64,000 nucleotides of DNA, taken from Candidatus Carthagonibacter metallireducens. GTDB lineage: Bacteria; Gemmatimonadota; Gemmatimonadetes; Palauibacterales; Palauibacteraceae. The stretch's first letter is position 1, and every line of letters starts with the position of its first letter. Location: contig JAMJQQ010000026.1 in NCBI GenBank assembly GCA_023554445.1, positions 5,549 through 69,548 on the forward strand. The letters are read 5' to 3'. The translations under genes and the position numbers were made by a program. Positions 45,472 through 55,780 of this stretch are shown here, in pieces. The notes under the pieces were generated by a model. It ran no database searches and had not been told where the DNA came from. It worked only from the letters and a program-made list of their open reading frames with translations.

Positions 45472-47232
45472 TCAGGGGCTTCGCAGCGAGTGCTCGCCGC
45501 CCTTGGCGGACTCCACCGTCACGGTGAATGGGCCGCTTCCCCGAACCAGCCACTTCACCGCTACCGTGCCCATTCCGTCTATTCGCTCCACCTCAATGCG
45601 CTCGGGACGGTGCTCCTGCTCCTCGGCGATTCCCTGCAGAGGGTTTTCGATCCGGAAGCCTGCGATCACGCGTCCGCCCTCGATCCGAATCCGGTCCGGC
45701 GGGCTGATCCCGTGAACGACATCCTGCTCCGTGCGCGTGGGCGCGAGCTTCCGATTCGAGATCAGGGCGCGGACTTCACTCACGCCACTCCCGAGCGACC
45801 GCACCTCCACGGAGTCCACCCGCACCAGGGGCATCTGTCCGGCCTGATACAGTGTGAAAGCCATGTTCCGGTGCGCCTCTTCACGAAGGAGGAAGCCGGG
45901 TATGGCCCGCGTGTACTGTCGCTTGACTCCGCCCACCTCGATGCGGCCGTACTGGGGGTGATCCACCGGTGTCCAGGGCACGATCGCCTCCCCGAACAGC
46001 AGGTATCGATCGAATCGGTAATCCGCCCGATCCCAGCGCTCATTTTCGGGTGATTCGCGGAAGTAATTGAACGAGGTCCAGAGCTCGTTGCTGAAGGTGA
46101 TGATCCCGCGGCCTGCGTAGAACCAGTCCAGTTCGTTTCCCCAGGTCGTGTAGAGGTCTTCCCAGATCGAGATATAACGGTAGCCGGGAAGGATCATCTC
46201 TCCACGCTCGCCGATCTCGTCCATCACCCTCAGGTCGGCTGCCTGCACGCTGTCGGACTCTGTTCCCGGCCCGCGCAAGATCATGCCGCCGGTGTTGTGA
46301 TAGGTCTGGGCGGCGGCGATGTTGGGGTGTGCCAGGACGAATTCCACCACGGCACGCGTCTCGGGCAGGGAGGTGGGAAAGGCATCGGAGCCGGACTGCA
46401 CGTACGCGGGTGCCCACCGCCAGGGCCAGTTCCGGTTGGGATCGTAATAACCGCGACGATCCTCGTTGACTCTCCCGTCCCCATCGTTGTCGAATCCTTC
46501 ATTCCCGAGGAGCTCCCACTCGCCAGGCTGGTCGGCGTGGGCCCGGACCATGATGCGAGGATCTTCCGGCGACGTGATCCAGCGCCCGTTCGAGCTGCGC
46601 CGGCGCATCATCGTGATGTGGCCGTCGCCGTCCAGGTCATCGAAATCGTCCTCGTCGAACAGTCCATCTCCGTCGTCGTCACGCGGGGCGAGGCCGCTGC
46701 GTGGACTGTGCGGCGTGTTCGGCTCGAGAAGGAAGTTGTCCCGACCATCCGGGTTGATCGAGGGAACGATGTAGAAGGTGCGATCCCTCAGCAGCTCGGC
46801 GATCCAATCGACGCGGTCGGCCATTTCGCAGAGGTACCAGGCCGTGTACAGGGCGATCTCGGATCCCTGGACTTCATTGGCGTGGATGTTCCCATCGATC
46901 CACATCGCAGGCTTGGCATCCGCCTCTCCAGCCTGGAAATCGGTGACTGTGAGCAACCACAGGTCGCGCCCTTCGACGCTACGTCCGATGGAAGAGAATC
47001 GGCACCTGTCGGGCCAGGCCTCTTCGAGGCGACGACCGATCTCTCCGAGTGTCTCGTGATCGAAATAGCGGTCCCAGGAGACGGCGACCTGCGGGTCGGG
47101 CGGCGCACCGAGACCGGCCATCGCGCCCGGAGGGGATTGCTGCGCCCATGCTGCCGTGGGAAGCAAAGCCAGGAGCGAAGCGCCGATGATGAAGTTCACG
47201 GCGGCGGCGGAGACATTCAGATGGCTGGTCAT
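45472..47232 (-). CDS. Secreted M14-family zinc carboxypeptidase with Asp-rich (Ca-binding-like) inserts
   Basis: Signal peptide. Zinc/catalytic motifs are intact: IDGNIHANEVQGSE (HxxE), DPNRNW, TYHNTGG. Inserts DDDGDGLFDEDDFDDLDGDG and NDGDGRVNED. Confidence 0.85.
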   Translation of the reverse strand: MTSHLNVSAAAVNFIIGASLLALLPTAAWAQQSPPGAMAGLGAPPDPQVAVSWDRYFDHETLGEIGRRLEEAWPDRCRFSSIGRSVEGRDLWLLTVTDFQAGEADAKPAMWIDGNIHANEVQGSEIALYTAWYLCEMADRVDWIAELLRDRTFYIVPSINPDGRDNFLLEPNTPHSPRSGLAPRDDDGDGLFDEDDFDDLDGDGHITMMRRRSSNGRWITSPEDPRIMVRAHADQPGEWELLGNEGFDNDGDGRVNEDRRGYYDPNRNWPWRWAPAYVQSGSDAFPTSLPETRAVVEFVLAHPNIAAAQTYHNTGGMILRGPGTESDSVQAADLRVMDEIGERGEMILPGYRYISIWEDLYTTWGNELDWFYAGRGIITFSNELWTSFNYFRESPENERWDRADYRFDRYLLFGEAIVPWTPVDHPQYGRIEVGGVKRQYTRAIPGFLLREEAHRNMAFTLYQAGQMPLVRVDSVEVRSLGSGVSEVRALISNRKLAPTRTEQDVVHGISPPDRIRIEGGRVIAGFRIENPLQGIAEEQEHRPERIEVERIDGMGTVAVKWLVRGSGPFTVTVESAKGGEHSLRSP

Positions 47233-48971
47233 CGCAGTTGGATCTCCTTCCGGTCACGCCCGGCCGAGGCCGACCCGGCGCTGACGGCAACGCGTCCGTT
47301 GCCCTTTCCGACCACGATCCACGTCAGCTCTTCCGCCGAACCGCTCCCGGGCAGTGCTTCCAGCAATCGAACCGCACGACCGCCGGCGAGCTCCTGCCCG
47401 TTCGTCTCCAGATCGACCCGGACGGATCGCGGTCGACCCAGCCTGTCGGCCAGCCGGGTGCGCGTCGGCAGATATCCGGTGTTGGCGATCCGGACCGAGA
47501 CTCTCCATGTGTCATCGCCCAGCGATTCCGCTTTCGACTCCACGATCTCGATGCGGGGAAGGAGCATCGCGATATCGATCAGGAATTCGACTTCCTTGCG
47601 GACGATGGAGTCCCGGATCGCCGCTGGCGGTGTCCAGCCGGTGAGTGGCCTGAAGCCTCCGACTTCAACCCTTCGGTCTTCGAAGTCGGGGTGATCGACC
47701 GGCTCCCAGTCGAGAAAGTCTTCCGGTCGGTTGGCTCGAATCCAGCGGAGCCGTCGTCGCTCCGCTGCCACCGGATCCGAAGCCTCGCTGGTTCGTGAGT
47801 CGCCGGACCCGGACCGGGAGGCGGAGTCCGACGCCGCCTCTCGATCTTCCGGGATCGCGGTGGTGCTGTCGGGTCGCTCTGCGGCCGGCGGTGTCCAGAC
47901 CGAAGAACCGAAGGCCCAGCGCCCCATCTGAAAATAGGCCCATGAGAGCGGGTCGCCGCCTTCGGGCCGGACCCCGAGGGTGTCGGACTCCGAGCGTCCC
48001 GTCCGCTCCCGATAACGTCGGGCGATCTCCGCATACCACGGTGCATCACCGGCGAGCGCGAATTTCAATGGTTCGCGGACTCGTTCGCCCTCCGAGCCGG
48101 GCTCGCCGGCCGGGTTCGATTTCCACGGCGAGAGAAGATTGTCTCTGGTCCCGAATACCACGACCATGCCGATCTCATCGCGGTCGGCCAGCAATTGAGC
48201 GACCGCACGGGCCTCCGGTGCCGAGAGGGGGTAATCGCCCGCCACCGATTCGAACCATGGATATCGGCGCGGGAAGTTGGCTCCGATGTCCACGCCCCCC
48301 TTCGGATCCTCGTTGAATCGGCCGTCGCCGTCGTCGTCCCTGCCCTCGACCAGAAGCCGCCAGGAAGGGCTGTCTCCCCGGGCAGGATCAGCGATCCTCA
48401 TCAGGCCGGGCTCGTCCTCGTCTTCCGTGTATTCTCCGGTCGCGTCCTCGATCCGCATCATCGTGATCCAGCCGTCGCCATTCAGGTCGTCGGGGCCATC
48501 CTCGTCCACGAGTCCATCGCGATCATCGTCGCGCGGCTGGTCGTTTCGGCGGGTCTCGTGAACCGGTCGCAGACGGGAGGAGCGTTCAGCGTCGGGGCTG
48601 AGCAGCGGAATGAAGTGAACGGTAACTCCGTCGAGCAGGGATGTGATCTCGGGGTCGCTCCCGTATCCGTCCGAGAGTCGCTCGATCGCGGCGAGAGCGA
48701 CGTCGGTGCCTATGGCGTGCGCTGCCTGCTCGCCGGCCAGGACGAGAACCGCCGGTCGGCCGCCGCCGTCCCCGGGGCCGGCTACGGTGGCCAGGAGGAG
48801 ATCTGCTCCCCCGGCCGAACGTCCAATGGAAGTGACATCGACACGGTCGGAGCGATTCAGCGCGCGCAACCGATCCGAGGGATCCTGAGCAGTCGCGTCC
48901 GCCGGGTCGGACGCCATGAAAGCGAACAGCGCCAGCGCAAAAAGAGTCCTGTCCAGAGTACGAATCGCCAT
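47229..48971 (-). CDS. M14-like paralogue lacking the zinc ligands (probable pseudopeptidase)
   Basis: Collinear with the downstream M14 gene, including the Asp-rich inserts. HxxE becomes Q..H (GEQAAHAIGTD), NRN becomes GAN, and the third His becomes Phe (VVFGTRD). ATGA overlap with the downstream gene. Start at MAIRTL. Confidence 0.75.
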   Translation of the reverse strand: MAIRTLDRTLFALALFAFMASDPADATAQDPSDRLRALNRSDRVDVTSIGRSAGGADLLLATVAGPGDGGGRPAVLVLAGEQAAHAIGTDVALAAIERLSDGYGSDPEITSLLDGVTVHFIPLLSPDAERSSRLRPVHETRRNDQPRDDDRDGLVDEDGPDDLNGDGWITMMRIEDATGEYTEDEDEPGLMRIADPARGDSPSWRLLVEGRDDDGDGRFNEDPKGGVDIGANFPRRYPWFESVAGDYPLSAPEARAVAQLLADRDEIGMVVVFGTRDNLLSPWKSNPAGEPGSEGERVREPLKFALAGDAPWYAEIARRYRERTGRSESDTLGVRPEGGDPLSWAYFQMGRWAFGSSVWTPPAAERPDSTTAIPEDREAASDSASRSGSGDSRTSEASDPVAAERRRLRWIRANRPEDFLDWEPVDHPDFEDRRVEVGGFRPLTGWTPPAAIRDSIVRKEVEFLIDIAMLLPRIEIVESKAESLGDDTWRVSVRIANTGYLPTRTRLADRLGRPRSVRVDLETNGQELAGGRAVRLLEALPGSGSAEELTWIVVGKGNGRVAVSAGSASAGRDRKEIQLR

Positions 48972-49122
48972 CTGCCGAAACCTCACGAACCTGGAGCACG
49001 ATGACCGGCGGCTTCCGAGTACGGAACGTCGTGCGGCACGCGGTACGCGGCAAGCGGTCCGGGTCCGCAAGGTGGACCCCTCCGGGCATGGGGCGGTATT
49101 CGTAGTCCGGGGGAGGAAATCC

Positions 49123-50115
49123 ATGAAAGCGATACGCATTCTGCGGCCCGGCGACCCGGACGTTCTGGAACTCGTCGAAGTCGACCCCGGGAGTCCCGGT
49201 CCGGGTGAGCTCGGCGTCTCGATCCACGCCACGGCGGTTAACCGGGCCGACCTACTTCAGCGGCGGGGTGGATACCCGGCACCGCCCGGTTGGCCGACAG
49301 ACATCCCCGGCCTCGAGTTCGCCGGAATCGTCGAGGAGGTGGGCGAGGGCGTCGACGAATCGGTGGTCGGATCGTGGGTCATGGGTCTCCTGGGCGGTGG
49401 TGGCTACGCCGAACACGTGGTGACGGGAGCCTCCCAGGTCATTCGGATTCCCGCCGGCCTCCAGTTCATCGAAGCTGCCGCCCTGCCGGAGGCGTTCTTT
49501 ACCGCATACGACGCTCTCGTCCTGCAGGGAGGGCTGAAGGAGGGGATGACGGTCCTGGTGCACGCTGCAGGGAGTGGCGTGGGAACGGCCGCTCTCCAGG
49601 TGGCGAAGACCTTTGGAGCCTCCCGGATCTTCGGAACCGCCTCAGCCGGTAAGCTCGCCGCGATCGCCGAGCGAGGACTGCCCCTTGATGTGCCGATCGA
49701 TTACACGCGTCAGTCCTTCCGGGATGTCATCCGCCGGGAGACCGCCGGCCAGGGCGTGGATCTGGTCCTCGATCTGGTGGGTGCGACCTACTGGAGCGAC
49801 AACGTCGCCAGTCTCGCGCCGCGAGGCACCCTCCTGCTCGTCGGACTGATGGGCGGAACGATGGCACAGATCAATCTCGGGGTCCTCATGCGTCGCCGAT
49901 TGACGGTGATCGGGACCGTCCTGCGATCGCGCGAGCCCGAGGAAAAAGCTGCGCTCACGCAGAGGGTCGACATGGATCTGTCACCGCTCTTCGCGAGTGG
50001 CGAGCTGGAGTCGGTCGTCGATCGTGTCTTCCCGCTCGCTCGAGCGGCGGATGCCCACGCCTACGTGGAAGAGAACCGAAACCTCGGGAAAGTCATGCTT
50101 CGGGTCAGGTCCTGA
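49123..50115 (+). CDS. NAD(P)H:quinone oxidoreductase (MDR superfamily, PIG3/Qor-like)
   Basis: [19 protein letters not shown] and [17 protein letters not shown] follows GGGAGGAA. Confidence 0.85.
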   Translation: MKAIRILRPGDPDVLELVEVDPGSPGPGELGVSIHATAVNRADLLQRRGGYPAPPGWPTDIPGLEFAGIVEEVGEGVDESVVGSWVMGLLGGGGYAEHVVTGASQVIRIPAGLQFIEAAALPEAFFTAYDALVLQGGLKEGMTVLVHAAGSGVGTAALQVAKTFGASRIFGTASAGKLAAIAERGLPLDVPIDYTRQSFRDVIRRETAGQGVDLVLDLVGATYWSDNVASLAPRGTLLLVGLMGGTMAQINLGVLMRRRLTVIGTVLRSREPEEKAALTQRVDMDLSPLFASGELESVVDRVFPLARAADAHAYVEENRNLGKVMLRVRS

Positions 50116-52048
50116 CCTTCTGCGGCTCGTCGGCTTCGCCTTCTACGGCGGCCGAGCGGTGCCGTCTGATCCCATCGAAATCCGGCATGCTCAGGTTCTC
50201 CTGCAGCCCTACGATTCCCTCTTCCATCCACAGGTACTCCCCAGCCAGTACCTCACGCGCGGTCTCGTAGAGCCGACCGTCGTCGTTGTGGTCGAGGGAG
50301 CGGAACAGGTCGTCCACCCGCCGGCGCGACTGGCGGCAGAACAGATCCGCCAGCGCCACGGCCTCCGACGCGTTCGGATGGCCGGTACGGACCATCATCT
50401 GCGCCCTGCCCGTGGTGGCGGCGATCGCGAACAACTCGGCGCCGATGTCCACGGCGCGGAACAGCAGCATCTGTTTCCGCTGCAGGCCGGCTCCGTAGCG
50501 GATCATCTTGTGGAACAGTTTTCGTGCGAGGCGCCGCGACGTCCGGCCGACGAAGCGCACGTGAGTTCGCAGTTCGCCGTACTCGCGCGGTGCGCGGTCG
50601 ATTGGAATCCACTGCTTCGGGTACCAGAACAGATAGAACAGGGCGATCCGCGGCAGCATGGCCAGCTTCTGACCGAATGATGCGTCGCCTTCTACGAGCG
50701 GGCCCGCCACCTGCAGATGCTTGTCCACCGCTTCCCGAGCGATGAACAGACGCATGATCTCGCTGGATCCTTCGAAGATCCGGTTGATCCTGAAATCGCG
50801 AAGCATGCGCTCGAGCGGCACGGGCGTCTCGCCCCGCGCCAGCAGGGAGTCCGCGCGCTCATAAGCTCGCCCTCCCCTGGTCTGGACGGCCTCATCGAGC
50901 AGCAGCCAGCCGAACTCCGTGTTGTAGAGTTTCGCGAGCGCGGCCTCGAGCCGAATGTCGAATCCTCCCCTGTCCACCATCAACGCCGACAGCTCGGCTA
51001 CGGCCTCCATGGCGAACGTCAGCGACGCGATGAGGGCGATCTTCTGTGCGACCGCCTCGTGCTTGCCGACCGGCTGGCCCCACTGGACCCGCTCCGAGCC
51101 CCATTCACGCACGAACTGGAGCGCCGTCTTGCCGCTGCCCACGGCGACCGCCGGAATCGAGAGGCGACCCGTGTTGAGCGTAATCAGGGCCAGCTTCAAA
51201 CCTCTGCCTTCCCCCCACAGCAGATTCTCCTTCGGAACCTGCACGTTCGTGAACCGGAAGTTCGCGTTCTCGATCCCGTTGATTCCCATGAAGTGATTGC
51301 GCTGCAGCAGCTCTACGCCATCCCAGTCCGTCTCCACGATGAAAGCCGAGATCTTCCGGGTGGCGGGATCGCGCGCCATGACGACCAGCAGTTCCGCGAG
51401 GGAACCGTTCGTCGTCCACAGCTTGTCGCCATTGAGCACGTAGTGCGTGCCCTCGGCGTTCAGCTCGGCGGTGGTGCTGAGTCGTGCCGGATCCGATCCG
51501 ACGTCATCCTCGGTGAGCGCGAAAGCGGAAATCGTGCCCGCCGCACAACGAGGGAGGTACTTCTTCTTCTGCGCTTCGGTGCCGAACAACTTCAAGGGTT
51601 GGGGAACGCCGATCGACTGGTGGGCCGATAGAAGAGCGACGAGACTGCCGTCCACGCTGCCGAGGGTAGCCATCACCTGGTTGTATTCGACCTGGCCGAA
51701 CCCCAGTCCGCCGTACTCAACCGGGATCTTCAGTCCGAATGCACCCATCTCACGCAACCGTTCGACCACTGCCTCCGGAACCTTCCGCTCACGGTCGATG
51801 CGCTCCGAGTCTACCTCGGTTCGCAGGTATTCCCGAAGATCTGCAAGAAACTCCCTGCAACGGTCGGAGATGAACCCGGCAGGATCGGGATAGGGATCGA
51901 TCAGGTCGAATCGAAAGGCGCCAAGGAAAAGATCCCGCACGAAGGTCGCATTCTCCCAATCGGCCTCCCGGGCCGCCTCCGCGACGCGGCGCGCCTCTTC
52001 CTCGCTGACGTGAACACGGTCGCCGCTGCTCGCGCGATCTTCGGTCAT
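50105..52048 (-). CDS. Long-form acyl-CoA dehydrogenase (about 647 aa)
   Basis: ACAD N/M/C domains ([25 protein letters not shown]) plus a C-terminal helical extension. Start at MTEDRAS; the upstream part of the listed ORF is antisense to egtB. Confidence 0.85.
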   Translation of the reverse strand: MTEDRASSGDRVHVSEEEARRVAEAAREADWENATFVRDLFLGAFRFDLIDPYPDPAGFISDRCREFLADLREYLRTEVDSERIDRERKVPEAVVERLREMGAFGLKIPVEYGGLGFGQVEYNQVMATLGSVDGSLVALLSAHQSIGVPQPLKLFGTEAQKKKYLPRCAAGTISAFALTEDDVGSDPARLSTTAELNAEGTHYVLNGDKLWTTNGSLAELLVVMARDPATRKISAFIVETDWDGVELLQRNHFMGINGIENANFRFTNVQVPKENLLWGEGRGLKLALITLNTGRLSIPAVAVGSGKTALQFVREWGSERVQWGQPVGKHEAVAQKIALIASLTFAMEAVAELSALMVDRGGFDIRLEAALAKLYNTEFGWLLLDEAVQTRGGRAYERADSLLARGETPVPLERMLRDFRINRIFEGSSEIMRLFIAREAVDKHLQVAGPLVEGDASFGQKLAMLPRIALFYLFWYPKQWIPIDRAPREYGELRTHVRFVGRTSRRLARKLFHKMIRYGAGLQRKQMLLFRAVDIGAELFAIAATTGRAQMMVRTGHPNASEAVALADLFCRQSRRRVDDLFRSLDHNDDGRLYETAREVLAGEYLWMEEGIVGLQENLSMPDFDGIRRHRSAAVEGEADEPQKVRT

Positions 52049-52162
52049 GATATTTCTTCCCGTACTCGGTATCGGTTTTGACGTCCGGAAGCAGGCATAC
52101 CCGGGCCGGCATCCGGGGTGCCTCGTTCGGGCAGCCGCGAAGCGTATATTCAGCGGCCCGAA

Positions 52163-53638
52163 ATGACGGCGGCCCATGGTAATCAGAGCGGCCCGGCGTC
52201 GAATGGAAAGGTGTTGACACGCGTGAACGAGCGAAAGGCGCATTCGATAGGCGAAGCGACACAGGACCGGGCGGCATTGAAGGCCGGCCTCGAGGAGACT
52301 CGAACCCGCACTCTCGCGCTGGTGGCGCCGCTGACGGACGAGCTGCTCGAACGGCAGCACTCTCCGCTCATGAGCCCGATAGCCTGGGACCTCGGTCACA
52401 TCGCGGCCTTCGAGGAGCTGTGGCTGGTCAGGAGGTTGGGAGAAGTCTCGAGCGAGAAGGAGATCGAACTGGCCTTCGATGCGTTCCGCACTCCGCGCGC
52501 GCGCCGGGGCGAGCTGTCGATACCGGGTGTCGATCTGCTGGAGCGCCGGCTCGCCGAGACCCGCCGCAAGACGCTCGAGGGACTGACTTCGGTCGATCTC
52601 GCCTCGTCGAATCCGCTTCTGCGGGGCGGCCACGTGTACGAGATGGTGCGGGATCACGAGGCTCAGCATCAGGAGACGATCCTCCAGGCCATCCTGCTCA
52701 TCGGAGACGCGGTCTACAAACCGGTCGTCAGGAAGCCGGTTCCGGGTGCCCCGGCCGAATCACCACCGCCCGGCTTCGTGCGGGTGCCAGCCGGCCGGTT
52801 CCGAATGGGCGACGTGTCCGGCCGATTCGCCTACGACAACGAGCGACCGGCATGGGAGACGAACACCGACGCATACGAGATCGGACGTTTCCCGGTGACG
52901 AACGCAGAATATTGCGAGTTCATCGCTGCCGGCGGATACCTGAACGAATCGCTATGGAGCCCGGAAGGCTGGAGGTGGCGGGTGGATTCCGACCTTGGTG
53001 CGCCGGAGGGATGGTACCCGCGGGGTATCCGTCACCAGCCGACAGGGCCGGGCGGGAAGGTCGGTTTCAGCCCGGACGCTGCCCGTGACCTGGCCGGCGA
53101 TTCGGGGATCGACTCGTGGGTGCGGATCTCGAGTCTGGGGGAAGAAGAGATCCTTCCGCAGGCGCCGGTAGCGCACGTCTGCTACTGGGAGGCTGAGGCA
53201 TACGCCAGCTTCGCGGCTGCGCGACTTCCGAGCGAGCCGGAGTGGGAGAAGGCGGCCGCATGGGATCCCGATACCGGTGGCTCGCGACGATATCCGTGGG
53301 GAGATGAACCCGTCGGTCCGCAGCACGCCAATCTCGACCAGCTCCGATTCGGGGTCGCACCGATCGGCGCCTACCCGGCCGGTCGCAGCGCCGTCGGGTG
53401 CTGGGGAATGCTGGGAGATGTCTGGGAATGGACGAGTTCGGCATTTCGGGGATATCCGGGCTTTCGGGCCTTCCCGTACCCGGAGTACTCCGAGGTGTTC
53501 TTCGGTCCCGAGTATCGCGTCCTGAAGGGCGGGTCCTGGGCCACCCGACCCAGCGTGGCGCGCAACAGCTTCCGCAACTGGGACTACCCGATCCGCAGGC
53601 AGATCTTCTCCGGATTCCGACTGGCCCGTGATGTCTGA
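52163..53638 (+). CDS. egtB: Ergothioneine biosynthesis sulfoxide synthase (hercynine oxygenase) EgtB
   Basis: DinB_2-type N-domain ([21 protein letters not shown]) plus an FGE-sulfatase domain ([40 protein letters not shown]). Start is uncertain: 52118, 52163, 52211 or 52223. Confidence 0.85.
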   Translation: MTAAHGNQSGPASNGKVLTRVNERKAHSIGEATQDRAALKAGLEETRTRTLALVAPLTDELLERQHSPLMSPIAWDLGHIAAFEELWLVRRLGEVSSEKEIELAFDAFRTPRARRGELSIPGVDLLERRLAETRRKTLEGLTSVDLASSNPLLRGGHVYEMVRDHEAQHQETILQAILLIGDAVYKPVVRKPVPGAPAESPPPGFVRVPAGRFRMGDVSGRFAYDNERPAWETNTDAYEIGRFPVTNAEYCEFIAAGGYLNESLWSPEGWRWRVDSDLGAPEGWYPRGIRHQPTGPGGKVGFSPDAARDLAGDSGIDSWVRISSLGEEEILPQAPVAHVCYWEAEAYASFAAARLPSEPEWEKAAAWDPDTGGSRRYPWGDEPVGPQHANLDQLRFGVAPIGAYPAGRSAVGCWGMLGDVWEWTSSAFRGYPGFRAFPYPEYSEVFFGPEYRVLKGGSWATRPSVARNSFRNWDYPIRRQIFSGFRLARDV

Positions 53639-54620
53639 GTCCGCGCACGGGAGGAGGATCGTCCTCCACAACCGGCTGGAAGAACGTGAGAGCCCGTTCC
53701 GCCTGGCCGAGGACGCACGACGCGGCCTGACCGCGGAGACCCGGACGATGCCTCCGAAGTACTTCTACGACGACCGCGGCTCCCGGCTGTTCGAAGCGAT
53801 CACCCGACTTCCGGAGTACTACCAGACGCGGGCGGAACGAGAGATTCTGGAGCGTCACGCCGATGCGATCGTCGCCCGGATCCGGCCCGGTGTGCTGGTC
53901 GAGTTCGGTTCCGGAGCCGCCGAAAAGACACGAGCGCTGCTCGACGCCATGCGCTCGGCCGGTACGCTCGAGGGGTACGCACCGCTCGATGTGAGCAGGG
54001 AAGCTTCGCAACGCGCCGCCGAGGCCCTGATCCGCGACTATCCGGACCTCAGAGTCGAGGGAGTGATCGGCGACTTCGAGCGGCCACACCATCTTCCGTT
54101 TCCCGGGCGACGACGGTTGCTGGCCTTCCTCGGGTCGACGATCGGCAACTTCGAACGGGAGCGGTCCATCGCGTTTCTGGCGGGTGCAGCGGCCGAGATG
54201 TCGCCTGCGGATGGATTCCTGATCGGTTTCGATCTCGTGAAGGACGCGGACACGCTCGAGAGAGCTTACGACGATGCGGCGGGCGTGACCGCGGCCTTCA
54301 ACCTGAATCTGCTCCGGGTCATGAATCGCGAGTTGGGTGCGGACTTCGACCTCGCCGGCTTTCGGCATCGGGCACTGTACGATGCATCGCTTCAGCGCAT
54401 TGAAATGCACCTGGTCTCGACTCGCGATCAGACGGTCCACATTCCGGCCATCGACCTTACGGTTCAGTTTGCCGAGGGAGAGTCGATTCGGACCGAGCTG
54501 AGCCACAAGTACACCCGGGCCAGCGTGGATGCGCTTCTGCGACGTAGTGGTCTGGCGCTGTGCGACTGGTTCACCGACGAACGCCAGCGCTTCGCCCTGG
54601 CGCTGGCTCGCCTTCCGTAA
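53628..54620 (+). CDS. egtD: L-histidine N-alpha-methyltransferase EgtD
   Basis: PKYFYDDRGSRLFEAITRLPEYYQTRAEREIL, EFGSGAAEKT and LGSTIGNF. Overlaps the egtB 3' end. Confidence 0.9.
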   Translation: MMSESAHGRRIVLHNRLEERESPFRLAEDARRGLTAETRTMPPKYFYDDRGSRLFEAITRLPEYYQTRAEREILERHADAIVARIRPGVLVEFGSGAAEKTRALLDAMRSAGTLEGYAPLDVSREASQRAAEALIRDYPDLRVEGVIGDFERPHHLPFPGRRRLLAFLGSTIGNFERERSIAFLAGAAAEMSPADGFLIGFDLVKDADTLERAYDDAAGVTAAFNLNLLRVMNRELGADFDLAGFRHRALYDASLQRIEMHLVSTRDQTVHIPAIDLTVQFAEGESIRTELSHKYTRASVDALLRRSGLALCDWFTDERQRFALALARLP

Positions 54621-54661
54621 GAAAGCCATCTCGGGCAGAGCTACTGGCCGAATTCGAGGCG

Positions 54662-55480
54662 CTATTCACCCAGAGGCAGGATTTCCGCCTTTTCCCGATT
54701 CACGTCGAGTCGACGAACCCGGGCTGACGAGGATGGTCGGGCCGGCGGGTAGAGGTTCTTCCGCCGCGCCGCCGCTATGCCGAGAAGGTCCCTGACGCCT
54801 CGAATCGCCTCCCTCGCCGGCCGGACCCGCGCCGAAGCCATGTGCTTCCATGAAACCGGGATTTCCCGGATGTCCATGCCGAGCCTCCGAGCGACGAGGA
54901 GACACTCGACGTCGAATCCGCTGGTTACGCCGGCTCTCCTGACACCTCCCGGTCGTTCCGGAGCGTAGACCACCATCTGATCCAGGACCTGCAGAAGTAC
55001 CGATCTGCGCCAGGCCTTGAAGCCGCACTGCGTGTCGGAGAAAGGGAGGCCCAGCAGGAGACGGCTGAGGAGCATCTGTCCGAGGCTGAGCAGGTAGCGC
55101 TGCGGCGGTGCCCCCGGGCGGACCAACCCCCGGCTGCCGATCGCCGCATCTGCTCCGGCTCGGATCGCCTCGAGCAAGCGGGAGCCATCCTCGATCGGCG
55201 TCGCGAGGTCCATGTCGGAAAGCAGTACGATCTCGCCGCTCGCGGCCCGCGCGCCCGCACTGAGTGCAGAGGCTTTCCCCCCGCGAGGTAGCTCCAGGAC
55301 GAGGTCTGCCGTCAGCAAGGCCCGGGCGACCGTGTCGTCTGCGCTGCCGTCGTCGGCAACGATGAGCTCGGTGGAGAACGGACGGGCCGCGAGCCATGCG
55401 CGCACGATCTCGAGTGCGCCGGCGTCGATCGCTGCGCTCTCGTTGTAAGCCGGTATGACGACCGACAGCGCAATGGCCAT
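54662..55480 (-). CDS. Family 2 glycosyltransferase (polyprenyl-phosphate hexosyltransferase-like)
   Basis: LSVVIPAYNES, VADDGSADDT and the DxD in LLSDMDLATP. Start at MAIALS. Confidence 0.8.
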   Translation of the reverse strand: MAIALSVVIPAYNESAAIDAGALEIVRAWLAARPFSTELIVADDGSADDTVARALLTADLVLELPRGGKASALSAGARAASGEIVLLSDMDLATPIEDGSRLLEAIRAGADAAIGSRGLVRPGAPPQRYLLSLGQMLLSRLLLGLPFSDTQCGFKAWRRSVLLQVLDQMVVYAPERPGGVRRAGVTSGFDVECLLVARRLGMDIREIPVSWKHMASARVRPAREAIRGVRDLLGIAAARRKNLYPPARPSSSARVRRLDVNREKAEILPLGE

Positions 55481-55780
55481 ATGCTCTCCCTCGGGCCGCA
55501 GCGGATTGGCGGGATGGCTCGCGCAGGCGGCCTTCCCCGACCGATCCTTCGATTCGGCAGCAAGGGGAGCAAGCGGGGTGCCAGCCTGCAGGCACCGGAA
55601 ACCCGCCACGTTCGCATCCAGTTGCCCCGGCGGATCCGGGCGGAATCCCGCGTTATGCCCGGATCGAGTGCGACGCGCCCCCGGCCCTCGATGCGCGCGG
55701 GCCCGTCCCCCGGGAGGGGGAACGGGCCCGCTGATGTCAGGCTTTCCACCCGATGGCCGACTCGGCGACCACCGCATGAA

